DNA from: an uncultured Acidobacteriota bacterium | Lineage (GTDB): Bacteria > Acidobacteriota > Thermoanaerobaculia > Gp7-AA8 | Assembly (NCBI GenBank): GCA_963741955.1 | Contig: CAVUKB010000006.1 | Coordinates: 256,001 to 320,000 of the forward strand | DNA length: 64,000 bases | Direction: 5' to 3' | Shown: positions 19,919 through 28,645 of the stretch, piece by piece | Layout of the letters: each line of letters starts with the position of its first letter | How positions within the stretch are numbered: the first letter of the stretch is position 1 | The notes under the pieces: model-generated | The model's database searches: none | Seen by the model: the letters and a program-made list of their open reading frames with translations, nothing else | What the model was told of the DNA's origin: nothing | Position numbers and translations under genes: made by a program

Positions 19919-21782
19919 TCGAAGCCTCCTTCAACAGAAACTGCTGCATAGTGATGGTTCCGGTCGGGCATCGCTCGGCGCAGAGTCCGCAACGGATACA
20001 GATCGTTTCGTCCTTGATCAGCACCGTCCCGATCGGCTTCGAATCGAAGAAGATCGATGCGGAGTCGCCAAGCTCTGCGATCACCTCGTCGCGCATTGAC
20101 GGATCGACCGCGATCTCCGCCGCCGGAACGAGCTCGATGCACTGCTCGGGACAAACGTCGGCACAACCTCCGCACAGAACGCATTCGGTCCCGAGCTCGT
20201 GATCTTCCTCGAAGACCGTGTTGATCCAGCAACGAAGACATCGGCTCCCCTCCCGTCTCGCTGAGAGCTCCGGCATGCATCTCTCCACTTCGGCGATGCC
20301 AACGCGGCGATCGATGGGAAGGGTTGGAGGCTTCTGCCGAGGGATACCCTCGTAGTCGAACTCCCTGCGGAATCCACGCAACGGCTCGATCAGAACTTCG
20401 ATCTCCTGGTCCGGAGTCGCGCCCCCTCGCAGCCACTCGTGAATCGATCTCGCCGCGCGCCGTCCGTCCGCGATCGCGGTGATCGCGATGCGCGGTCCGA
20501 ATGCCACGTCGCCGCCGGCGTAGATTCCCGGCGCGGTTGTCGCGAGGGTTTCCGGATCGACCTGAATCGTTCCCCGTCGCGTCACTTCGATCCCGTCCTC
20601 CGGCGAGAGGAACGTCAGATCGCTCGCCTGTCCGATGGCGAGAATGACGGTGTCGGCGGCCAGAGAGAGCTCCGTTTCCTCGATCACCTTCGGATTGAAA
20701 CGTCCATCCGAATCGAATACCGACGCGCACTCCAGAGTCTCGATTCCGGTCACTCTCCCCGCACTACCGAGAACTCGCTTGAGCGACCGGCGGGGGTGAA
20801 ACGTCACGCCTTCTTTCCGGGCCTGCTCGATCTCTTCCCGGTCTGCGGGCATCTCGTCCATCGATTCGAGCGAGACGACGTGGATCTCCTTCGCGCCGAA
20901 GCGAACCGCCGAGCGTGCGACGTCGAGCGCAGTGACGATGTTGATGTCGGGTGAGGGGATCGTGTCCGGCGACGCGGTCCTGACCGCCGAGCGTGCCACG
21001 TCGAGCGCGACATTGCCTCCGCCCAGCACCACCACGCGGCGGCCGATGTCGACCCGGTATCCCATGTTCACATTGAGGAGGAAGTCGACCCCCTTCAGGA
21101 CCCCGTCGAGATCGGTGCCGGGGACTTCCAGCGAGCGGCCCTTGTGTGCACCGATGGCGAGGAAGACCGAACGGAATCCCTCCTCGCGAAGGCCCGCCAG
21201 CGAGTAGTCGCGGCCAAGCCGCTGGTTGATGCGGAGCTCGACCCCGAGGCTGAGGATCGCGTTGATCTCGAGCTTGATCAGCTCACGCGGAAGGCGGTAC
21301 TCGGGGATTCCGAGGCGGAGCATTCCGCCCGCGACCGCCTGGGCCTCGAAGATGGTGACCGGATAGCCCAGGAGCGCGAGATCATGGGCTGCGGCGAGAC
21401 CGGCAGGACCGGCGCCGATGATGGCGATCCGATCAAGCGGGTAGCGCATCTCGCGTTTGCCGTAGATCTCCTTGAGCATGTCGAGATCGATCATGCTTTC
21501 CACACCGAATCGCTCGGTGACGAAGCGTTTGAGCGCGCGGATTGCAACCGGCTCGTCGAGCTCTCCACGCCTGCAGGCCGCCTCGCATGGCGCCGCACAG
21601 ATCCGGCCGCAAATGGAGGCGAGCGGATTCGGCTTGCGGGCGACCGCGTACGCCTCGCGATAGCGTCCTTCCGCGATGAGCGAAACGTAGCGACCCGCTT
21701 CCGTGCCCACCGGGCAGGCCGAGTGACAGGGAAAGTTGCTCTCCAGCCACTCGCGATTGACCCTGGTCCGGTTCATGTCCAT
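19911..21782 (-). CDS. GltD/NfnB-like FAD-dependent NAD(P)H oxidoreductase with C-terminal 2x[4Fe-4S] ferredoxin domain
   Basis: PCHSACP/CGRIC..PCEAAC clusters, GAGPAG, GGGNVA, CVLCGGCADVCP, CIRCGLCAERCP; no signal peptide. Confidence 0.9.
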   Translation of the reverse strand: MDMNRTRVNREWLESNFPCHSACPVGTEAGRYVSLIAEGRYREAYAVARKPNPLASICGRICAAPCEAACRRGELDEPVAIRALKRFVTERFGVESMIDLDMLKEIYGKREMRYPLDRIAIIGAGPAGLAAAHDLALLGYPVTIFEAQAVAGGMLRLGIPEYRLPRELIKLEINAILSLGVELRINQRLGRDYSLAGLREEGFRSVFLAIGAHKGRSLEVPGTDLDGVLKGVDFLLNVNMGYRVDIGRRVVVLGGGNVALDVARSAVRTASPDTIPSPDINIVTALDVARSAVRFGAKEIHVVSLESMDEMPADREEIEQARKEGVTFHPRRSLKRVLGSAGRVTGIETLECASVFDSDGRFNPKVIEETELSLAADTVILAIGQASDLTFLSPEDGIEVTRRGTIQVDPETLATTAPGIYAGGDVAFGPRIAITAIADGRRAARSIHEWLRGGATPDQEIEVLIEPLRGFRREFDYEGIPRQKPPTLPIDRRVGIAEVERCMPELSARREGSRCLRCWINTVFEEDHELGTECVLCGGCADVCPEQCIELVPAAEIAVDPSMRDEVIAELGDSASIFFDSKPIGTVLIKDETICIRCGLCAERCPTGTITMQQFLLKEASSA

Positions 21783-21801
21783 CTCTTCCCCGGCTCGCCG
21801 T

Positions 21802-22383
21802 CTACTTGGAGAGCTCGAAATCGAGCTCTGTCTTACCCGAGACTTTCACCGGTCTGGATGTTTGTTTCAGCTTCGGATGCCAGACTTCGACGGTGTATTG
21901 ACCATCGGGAAGGTCCTTGATGGTGTAGCTGCCATCGCTGGCGGTGACCGCGTAATAGGACGTGGGGAGCGCCAGGATATAGGCTTCCATCTCGGGATGC
22001 ACCGCGCACAGCAGCGTCGCCATGCATTGCCGTTTGAACGTGTAACTGCGGGTCTGACCCTTCGGCCAGCTCCCGAGATTGAAACGATCGGCACACTTGT
22101 CGGGAGAGAAGACGTTGTGGAGAAACGGATCGTCGTTGAGGAAGTCGACCGTCGTGCCGACGACGACCGGGAGAACGTGCGGAACGAAGGACATGTCCTT
22201 CTGATTCATGACCGGATGATTCGCAGGCGGCGTGAAGGTCTTTCCTGGAATGGCGTCGATGTAGACCACTGCGTCGGCTGAGTTCCGCAGCCCCTTCGCC
22301 ACCACTTTTCCGTGCAGATCGCCTGCAACCAGTGGCGCAGCCACCATGGCTGCTACAGCAATCAAGAGCGTGAATCTTTTCAT
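21802..22383 (-). CDS. Periplasmic cupredoxin (type-1 Cu) within a carboxypeptidase-regulatory-like beta-sandwich
   Basis: Signal peptide; HNVFS and CAVHPEM give a His/Cys/His/Met set (amicyanin-like C-x2-H-x2-M loop). Confidence 0.8.
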   Translation of the reverse strand: MKRFTLLIAVAAMVAAPLVAGDLHGKVVAKGLRNSADAVVYIDAIPGKTFTPPANHPVMNQKDMSFVPHVLPVVVGTTVDFLNDDPFLHNVFSPDKCADRFNLGSWPKGQTRSYTFKRQCMATLLCAVHPEMEAYILALPTSYYAVTASDGSYTIKDLPDGQYTVEVWHPKLKQTSRPVKVSGKTELDFELSK

Positions 22384-22411
22384 GATCTGACTCCCTTCAT
22401 GTGAACGGCTT

Positions 22412-23830
22412 TCAGAATGCGTAACGGAGGACGGTCGACAGCTGATAGTTCTTCGATTCGTTCAGGTCGCGGCGGTATTCGAGCATCCCTTTCACGTTCG
22501 CATAGGCGAAGTAGCTGAAGCTCGCGTTGAGGAAGCGGAGCGAATCGACGGAGCGGTCGCCCGGCTTGAGGCTTTCGTACCGGAGCGAGGTCTGAAACAC
22601 CGGAGTGATCACGTAATCGGCTTGCACGAACCATGTGTCGTATGTCGGCTCGTTCCGTGAGAGAAGGCTGCCGTCGTCCGCGAACGCGTCGATCGTGTCA
22701 CGACCATTCATCGCGACTCCGAACACGTTCAGGTCGTCGAACCACCATGACGCATAGAGACCAGCACGTGAAAACGTCCGGTCCTGAAGATTGGCCGGCA
22801 TCTCGTCGGCCATCATTCCCATGCCGCTATCGACGGGAAAGTCGATTCCCTTGCCGTTTCCCTGGTATCCGAGGATGCCGACCCGAAGCGAGCGCTCACG
22901 CCAGTTCTGGGGCGGGAGATTGACGCCGGTCGTGTCGCCGTCCAGTCCCATCCCTCCGAACTTGTAGTCGGCACGAGCGTAGAAATCCTTCGAGGCATTT
23001 CCGTCGGCGGTTCCGTCGCCCGGCCCGAGGCCATTCGTGATTCCCGCGGTGTAGAAGAATCGATGGTGTGCGACTCCGTACATCTCGATGCCTTCCACCA
23101 TCATCGGCAGGCTGATTCCGCCCATGTCTTCGGACAGACCAGTGCCGCCCGCGACCCCGATCGGGTTGTAGGAGAAGAGCGTGTCGATCGCGTTGTCCGT
23201 GGAGATCCACATCTCCTGAAAACCGTCTGCGAGATCCGGCGCGAACTTCCCGATCTTGAAGTTCACCATGTGCTCCGGACCGAACGGTGAATTGAAGTGG
23301 AGCTCGGCGTGCTCGATCTCGGTTCCCGTCTCGCCTGCATCCTGCGCCCAGGTCATCTCACCGAAGAAGCTCATGTGGTCGCCCATGGTTCCGGCGGAGA
23401 ATAGATTGACTTCCTGGGGGAACTGAAAGTCGTTCTTGACCACGGTCCGTCCGGTATCGTCGACGGAAGAGAGATAGATGCTGGCCATCTTGATGTTCAT
23501 CGCCAGCGGAACATTGCCGGGGATGTCGCTCGGATAGATCATCTTCGGCCACATCCGCTTGTAGGCGTCGGATCCGAGGCTCGTTTGCGGAACCTTCACC
23601 TGAGCTTCCGTCTCGTTCGGAAAGCGGTATCCGTTCAGCCGGAATGCTTCGCCGAACGCGTTGAGCTTCGGGAATCCGACGTGGCAGGTCTGGCACGATG
23701 TCTTGTACTTCCTCGCGAAGACCGGGACGGCGAAGGCCGGCAGGGAGCCGGCCAGCATGGCCGCCAGAGCGAGAAGTACCGCCCCGAAACCAATCGGATG
23801 TCGCGGTCTTTTCCCGGGTACTTCGTTCAT
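22412..23830 (-). CDS. Cyc2-like fused monoheme cytochrome c-outer membrane porin
   Basis: Signal peptide, AVPVFARKY..SCQTCH..FPKLNAFGEAFRLNGY, long beta-rich C-terminus ending in Phe (LRYAF); GGAAGGAG RBS. Confidence 0.8.
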   Translation of the reverse strand: MNEVPGKRPRHPIGFGAVLLALAAMLAGSLPAFAVPVFARKYKTSCQTCHVGFPKLNAFGEAFRLNGYRFPNETEAQVKVPQTSLGSDAYKRMWPKMIYPSDIPGNVPLAMNIKMASIYLSSVDDTGRTVVKNDFQFPQEVNLFSAGTMGDHMSFFGEMTWAQDAGETGTEIEHAELHFNSPFGPEHMVNFKIGKFAPDLADGFQEMWISTDNAIDTLFSYNPIGVAGGTGLSEDMGGISLPMMVEGIEMYGVAHHRFFYTAGITNGLGPGDGTADGNASKDFYARADYKFGGMGLDGDTTGVNLPPQNWRERSLRVGILGYQGNGKGIDFPVDSGMGMMADEMPANLQDRTFSRAGLYASWWFDDLNVFGVAMNGRDTIDAFADDGSLLSRNEPTYDTWFVQADYVITPVFQTSLRYESLKPGDRSVDSLRFLNASFSYFAYANVKGMLEYRRDLNESKNYQLSTVLRYAF

Positions 23831-23922
23831 CGCGGATCTCCTTCCTCGAATGTTTCTCTTTCCATGCATCGAGGTTAGGAGTCGCGGTGACCGTTTGGAA
23901 TCGGCCGCATACCTCATTCGAG

Positions 23923-23938
23923 TGATGCAAATGCATTA
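23923..23938. promoter_or_regulatory. 7-2-7 inverted repeat TGATGCA-AA-TGCATTA upstream of the Cyc2-like operon
   Basis: AT-rich imperfect palindrome ~95 bp upstream of the start; LuxR/NarL-type regulator adjacent. Confidence 0.45.
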
Positions 23939-23954
23939 TTTCGATGTGGATCTG

Positions 23955-23997
23955 GAAGTCTGCGCGGTAGAAACGTCTGTAGCGAGAAAGCGGAGCA
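23955..23997. repeat. Family B palindromic element, left-arm remnant
   Basis: AGTCTGCGCGGTAGAAACGTCTGTAGCGAGAAAGCG matches 41270-41306. Confidence 0.7.
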
Positions 23998-24001
23998 AGG
24001 G

Positions 24002-24646
24002 TCAGATGAGGCGGTGGCGGAGTGCGATCGACACGGCTTCGAGTTTGCTGTGGACGTCGAGCTTGTGAAGGACGTTCTGCACGTGGTTGCGTACGGTCGC
24101 GACGCTGATGAAGAGCGTGTCCGCGATGGCCTGGCTGCTTGCGCCGTCCGCCACGAGACGGAGTACCTCGAGCTCCCGGGTGCTCAGGTTGTAGGTCTTC
24201 TCCTCGGGCGGATGCTCTGACGTCGAGGCGCGCGTGATCTCGAGAAGCGTCTCGATGGTATGCCGGTCGATCCGATCTTCCGCCTCGAGGCGCTGCAGCA
24301 GATGGATCATGGTGAACTGCGAGCTTCGGGGCCCCGGAATCACGATGATCGAGATGCCAACCCGAACCGGTTCGCCCGGTGATCCGCGGACATCCATCTC
24401 GAACCGGCGGATTGCCTCGTGACGCCGCGCCATCTGAGTCAGAATGCAGTGTTCGTCGCAGAAGCGGTTGCCGAAGAGGTCCTTTCCGCAGAGGATCTCG
24501 TGGCATGGCCGGCCGAGGACATCTGCCGCCTCGTAGCCGAGGAGGCGTTCGGCGGCACGGTTCCAGATGACGATGCGTCCCTCCTCGTCGGTGCCGAACG
24601 CGGCGTCCGCGGTGCTGCTGACGACTTCGAGCGGATCGATCGTCAC
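24002..24646 (-). CDS. PAS + LuxR/NarL-type HTH transcriptional regulator
   Basis: WNRAAERLLGY (PAS); LSTRELEVLRL...LFIS..TVRNHV..KLDV (LuxR HTH). Confidence 0.9.
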   Translation of the reverse strand: MTIDPLEVVSSTADAAFGTDEEGRIVIWNRAAERLLGYEAADVLGRPCHEILCGKDLFGNRFCDEHCILTQMARRHEAIRRFEMDVRGSPGEPVRVGISIIVIPGPRSSQFTMIHLLQRLEAEDRIDRHTIETLLEITRASTSEHPPEEKTYNLSTRELEVLRLVADGASSQAIADTLFISVATVRNHVQNVLHKLDVHSKLEAVSIALRHRLI

Positions 24647-24904
24647 TTCCCTGCCATGGTCGCGAGCTCACCCCGCGACTCCACCGACGAGCCGCCGCGA
24701 TGAGCTCGGATTTTCCCGGTACTTCTACCGTAGACCTCCCGAGCGAGCCCGTCCACTTACAAAACCGTCAGGCGCGGAAGGAGTGCCTGAGTCCGCCACA
24801 CAGACCGAATCAGCCCGGACCGTGAATGGTCCGCGTTAGTGGGTGTGAAGACGGCGTTCACCCGAATAGGCGAAGTCGACAGTACCTCGAGGAGCGAAAG
24901 TGCG

Positions 24905-24968
24905 GTCTGACGCCGCAGACACGCCCGGATCGCGCTCCGCAGTAGAAGTCCCGTGAATGATCCCCGGT
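24905..24968. repeat. Family C element remnant (reverse orientation)
   Basis: Reverse complement GGATCATTCACGGGACTTCTACTGCGGAGCGCGATC matches ~2353-2387; GTCTGACGCCGCAGAC shared with ~41545. Confidence 0.55.
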
Positions 24969-25093
24969 CCGGGTCGATGACGGTCCCGTCAGTTCGACAT
25001 GGGTCAGGTCTGAAGTTTCCCTCTTTCGATTGAAGCAGAGGGTCACGAAGCGTATAACTGAATGCTCATCGCGCCAAGATTGGAGGCCTACCC

Positions 25094-27895
25094 GTGCACA
25101 AACGCTCCTGCATCATTCTGTTACTGTTCGTATTTTCCGTCGGCTCCCTTTATGCCCAGACGCTCCAGGAAGGGAAGTGGATGCAGCTTCCCGGGATGAA
25201 GCTGAAGGGGATGGTGACGCGCGACGCGAACGGAATCGCGCACGTCACAGCCCTCGACACCTGGGATCTCTTCTATCTCCAGGGATACGTCGAGGCGACC
25301 GATCGCTTCTTCCAGATGGATTTCAACCGGAAGGTGGCGAGTGGCCGTCTGGCCGAGATCCTCGGCAGTGCTGCGCTGTCCAACGACGTACAGCTGCGGA
25401 CGCTCGGCCTGCGCCGCGCCGCCGAAGCTTCGCTCGATGTCGCGTCGCCGGAAGCGAAAGACGTCCTGGAAGCCTTCTCCGCCGGAGTGAATCAGTGGCT
25501 CTCGACCCACGCTCTTCCTTCGGAATACGGCCTGCTGCACATCACGAAGTCGGAGCCGTGGTCGCCGGCGGACACGCTGGCCATCGCCAAGCTCCTGGCG
25601 TTCAATCTCGCATTCGATCTCGGAGACATCGACCGGACGGTGGCGCTTCTGACGTACGAAGGCGCGGGTAAGGTCGTCGGGTTCAACGGCGATGCTCTCT
25701 TCTTCGAGGACCTGTTCCGCACTGCGCCGTTCAGCGACGCGGCAACGATGCCCGACGCCGGAGTGCAGCCGCCGTGGGTTCAGGCTCCCGCAACGAACGC
25801 AACACACCGGCTGCGTGCTTCGAAGCGAACCCACGGAGTCACGACCGCTTTCCGCGATTCCGACTCGACCCTGAATCTCGCGCGCGAATACGCGGCGAAG
25901 GTGCGGAACCTTCCTTCGTTCCGCGCGGCATTCGAGAGAGAGAAGCACCCCGGATCCAACGAGTGGGGCATCGCCGGATCGCTGAGTTCGAGCGGCAACG
26001 CACTCCTCGCGAACGATCCTCACCTCTCGCTCGGAACTCCCTCGACGTTCTATCCGATCTACCTTCAGGGAGGCGGGTACGACGTCGCGGGTGAGACCTT
26101 CGCCGGAGCTCCTGCGATCATCCTCGGTCACAATCAGCAGATCGAGTGGGGCGAAACGACGAACTTCTCCGACGTGACCGACGTCTATCAGGAACAGCTC
26201 GTTCCGGATCCTTCGTCGCCGTCGGGTTACAGCTCCATCTACCAGGGAAAGAAGGAACCGGTCGTCCCCATCCCCGAGACGTTCAAGATGAATGCGATGT
26301 CGGGGAGCTCGGACGACATCGTGACGGTCCCGTCGAGTGGCGACGTTCCTCCGGTGACACTCGTCGTTCCGCGGCATGGCCCGATCGTGCAGCTCGATAC
26401 CTCGACCGGCGAGGCGCTCTCGGTCCAGTTCACCGGCCTCTATCCGACGCACGAGATCGAAGCGTTCATCGGAATCGACAAGGCGACGAATCTCGACGAG
26501 TTCCAGAAGGGACTCCAGTATTTCGACTTCGGCTCGCAGAATTTCGCATACGCGGACCGCGCGGGGCACCTCGGGTACTTCACCGCGGGTGAAGTGCCCA
26601 TCCGTGAAGATCTTCAGGCGATGAGCGTCAACGGCGCGCCTCCGATGTTCATCCGTGACGGCATGGGCGGCAACGAATGGATGCCGGTACAGAACCAGCA
26701 GCCGGGACAGGCGATCCCCTACGAGATTCTTCCCGCCAGCGAGATGCCGCACCTCATCGACCCGCCGAACGGATTCTTCGTCAACGCCAACAACGACCCC
26801 ACCGGGGCGACGCTCGACAACAACTCCCTCAATCAGATTCGAGCGGGCGGAGGACTCTACTACTTCGGCCCCGGCTTCGACGGGTTCCGTGCCGGACGCA
26901 TCACACAGCTGATCCAGCAGAAGATCGATGCCGGAGAGAAGTTCGACCTCGACACGCTGAAGAGAATGCAGGCGGACACGGTGCTTCTCGATGCGGAGTA
27001 CTTCGTTCCGAAGATCCTCCAGGCGTGGCAAAAAGCGTCGGCTTCCACCGATCCGGCACTGGCGCAGTTCGCGGCGAACCCGGTGATCTCCGCCGCGATC
27101 CAGCGGCTGCAGGGATGGAATTACGCGACTCCGACCGGCATCCCGCAGGGATATGACGGCACGCCTCTTCCCCCGGACTACAAGACGCGGGACGCGAGCG
27201 TCGCCGCGACGCTCTACACCGCATGGAGAAGCCGTCTGATCGCGAACACCATCGACGCCGTCCTCGACGCCGGAGGCCTGCCGCGTCCCGACAGCGGACT
27301 CACACTCACCGCGCTCGAGCACATCTTCGACGTCTTCGATCAACAGGGAGGTGTCGGTGCGTCGGGCATCAACTTCTTCAACGTGGACGGCGTTTCCAGC
27401 GCTGCGGACCGCCGCGACATCATCGTTCTCGCCAGCCTCGGCGAAGCGATGCAGACGCTCTCCAGCGCGGAATTCGCTCCCGCGTTCGGCGAATCGACCA
27501 ACCTCGACGACTACGAATGGGGAAAGCTCCACCGCCTCTCCCTCGCTCACGTCATGGGATGGCCATTCTCCATTCCAATGGAGTTCGGCTCGTTCCCACC
27601 GCCACTCCCGGGACTCCCGGGCATTCCGGTCGACGGCGGTTTCGAGACCGTCGACGCGTCCTCTTTCAACGTGCGAAATCTTTCGCTCAATGGCTACATG
27701 TACGGAAGCGGTCCGGCGCGTCGCTTCGTCGGCGAAGCCGCCGCGTCAGGAATCAATGCGCAATCGAGTCTCCCGGGAGGAGTGAGCGGAATTCATGGCA
27801 ATCCTCTCTCGACGAATCTCCTCGTGCAGTGGCTGAAGAACGAGACCTACGACCAGTCGCTTCCGCCGGCGTTCTCGCTGCCGTGGATGCCGTAA
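25094..27895 (+). CDS. Penicillin acylase family (Ntn hydrolase, S45), secreted
   Basis: RDANGIAHV, DRFFQMD, GSNEW nucleophile, LANDPHL, NANN; signal peptide. Confidence 0.9.
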   Translation: MHKRSCIILLLFVFSVGSLYAQTLQEGKWMQLPGMKLKGMVTRDANGIAHVTALDTWDLFYLQGYVEATDRFFQMDFNRKVASGRLAEILGSAALSNDVQLRTLGLRRAAEASLDVASPEAKDVLEAFSAGVNQWLSTHALPSEYGLLHITKSEPWSPADTLAIAKLLAFNLAFDLGDIDRTVALLTYEGAGKVVGFNGDALFFEDLFRTAPFSDAATMPDAGVQPPWVQAPATNATHRLRASKRTHGVTTAFRDSDSTLNLAREYAAKVRNLPSFRAAFEREKHPGSNEWGIAGSLSSSGNALLANDPHLSLGTPSTFYPIYLQGGGYDVAGETFAGAPAIILGHNQQIEWGETTNFSDVTDVYQEQLVPDPSSPSGYSSIYQGKKEPVVPIPETFKMNAMSGSSDDIVTVPSSGDVPPVTLVVPRHGPIVQLDTSTGEALSVQFTGLYPTHEIEAFIGIDKATNLDEFQKGLQYFDFGSQNFAYADRAGHLGYFTAGEVPIREDLQAMSVNGAPPMFIRDGMGGNEWMPVQNQQPGQAIPYEILPASEMPHLIDPPNGFFVNANNDPTGATLDNNSLNQIRAGGGLYYFGPGFDGFRAGRITQLIQQKIDAGEKFDLDTLKRMQADTVLLDAEYFVPKILQAWQKASASTDPALAQFAANPVISAAIQRLQGWNYATPTGIPQGYDGTPLPPDYKTRDASVAATLYTAWRSRLIANTIDAVLDAGGLPRPDSGLTLTALEHIFDVFDQQGGVGASGINFFNVDGVSSAADRRDIIVLASLGEAMQTLSSAEFAPAFGESTNLDDYEWGKLHRLSLAHVMGWPFSIPMEFGSFPPPLPGLPGIPVDGGFETVDASSFNVRNLSLNGYMYGSGPARRFVGEAAASGINAQSSLPGGVSGIHGNPLSTNLLVQWLKNETYDQSLPPAFSLPWMP

Positions 27896-27917
27896 CCGGA
27901 AAGGTGGAGGTGAAGAC

Positions 27918-28538
27918 ATGAAGATGATGAAGGTTCAGATACTCGCAGCGGTTCTCGCCATCGCCTCACTCCCCCTTCTGGCGCAGGAAAACCAGGTCAC
28001 GCTGTACGGGTCGAAGGCGATGCTCGGCAGTGGCAGCTCGTCCGGCGCGACGAAGATCGACGTCGGGGACGGCAGCGGATGGGGCATCGCATATTCGCAT
28101 CGATTCGCAGGGCACTTCGGATTCGAGGTTGCGGCGTTCTCCCTCTCCTCGGATGCGAAGGTGGCGGCCGGCGGGCAGACCATCCTCGATCTCGGCTCGC
28201 TCGACTACCGGCCCATCACCGCGGCGGTCCGCTACCACTTCCTCCCACAGGGAGCGTTCGACGCGTATGTCGCTGCGGGCGGCGCGCACGTCAGTGCGGA
28301 CGATCTCTCCAGTTCTGATCTCGATACTGCGGGACTGGGGAAAATCAACGTCGGCAACGACACGACCTGGATGGCCGGAGGCGGCCTGGCGTGGCGCCCC
28401 GGCGCGCATCTGTCGATCGGTGCCGACGCCAGGTACATCCCGTGGAAGCCCGACACGCATTCATCGGTGACCGGCGGGAAGGAGACGCTCGATCTGAATC
28501 CGTGGATCGTGTCGGCCGGAATCGGCTGGCGTTTCTGA
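27918..28538 (+). CDS. OmpW-family outer membrane beta-barrel
   Basis: Signal peptide, RYHFLP, LNPWIVSAGIGWRF terminus. Confidence 0.8.
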   Translation: MKMMKVQILAAVLAIASLPLLAQENQVTLYGSKAMLGSGSSSGATKIDVGDGSGWGIAYSHRFAGHFGFEVAAFSLSSDAKVAAGGQTILDLGSLDYRPITAAVRYHFLPQGAFDAYVAAGGAHVSADDLSSSDLDTAGLGKINVGNDTTWMAGGGLAWRPGAHLSIGADARYIPWKPDTHSSVTGGKETLDLNPWIVSAGIGWRF

Positions 28539-28645
28539 CCCCGGCGATCTCACCGGCGCTTTTTCCGAGGGGCGCGGGCTCGCAGGAGCCTGCGTCCTTC
28601 GGGCGCCGCTTCGACGATTGCAATTTCAAACCGAGACTCGAAGAA

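Noticed and set aside
19911-21782. Annotation as glutamate synthase small subunit (gltD)
   Set aside because: No gltB nearby, an extra ferredoxin domain is present, and it is coupled to the Rieske gene
25121-27550. 809-aa antisense ORF, and similar long shadow ORFs (16144..17925, 36304..38046, 8865..10073, 60184..61359)
   Set aside because: They are antisense shadows of well-supported genes in high-GC DNA and carry no motifs
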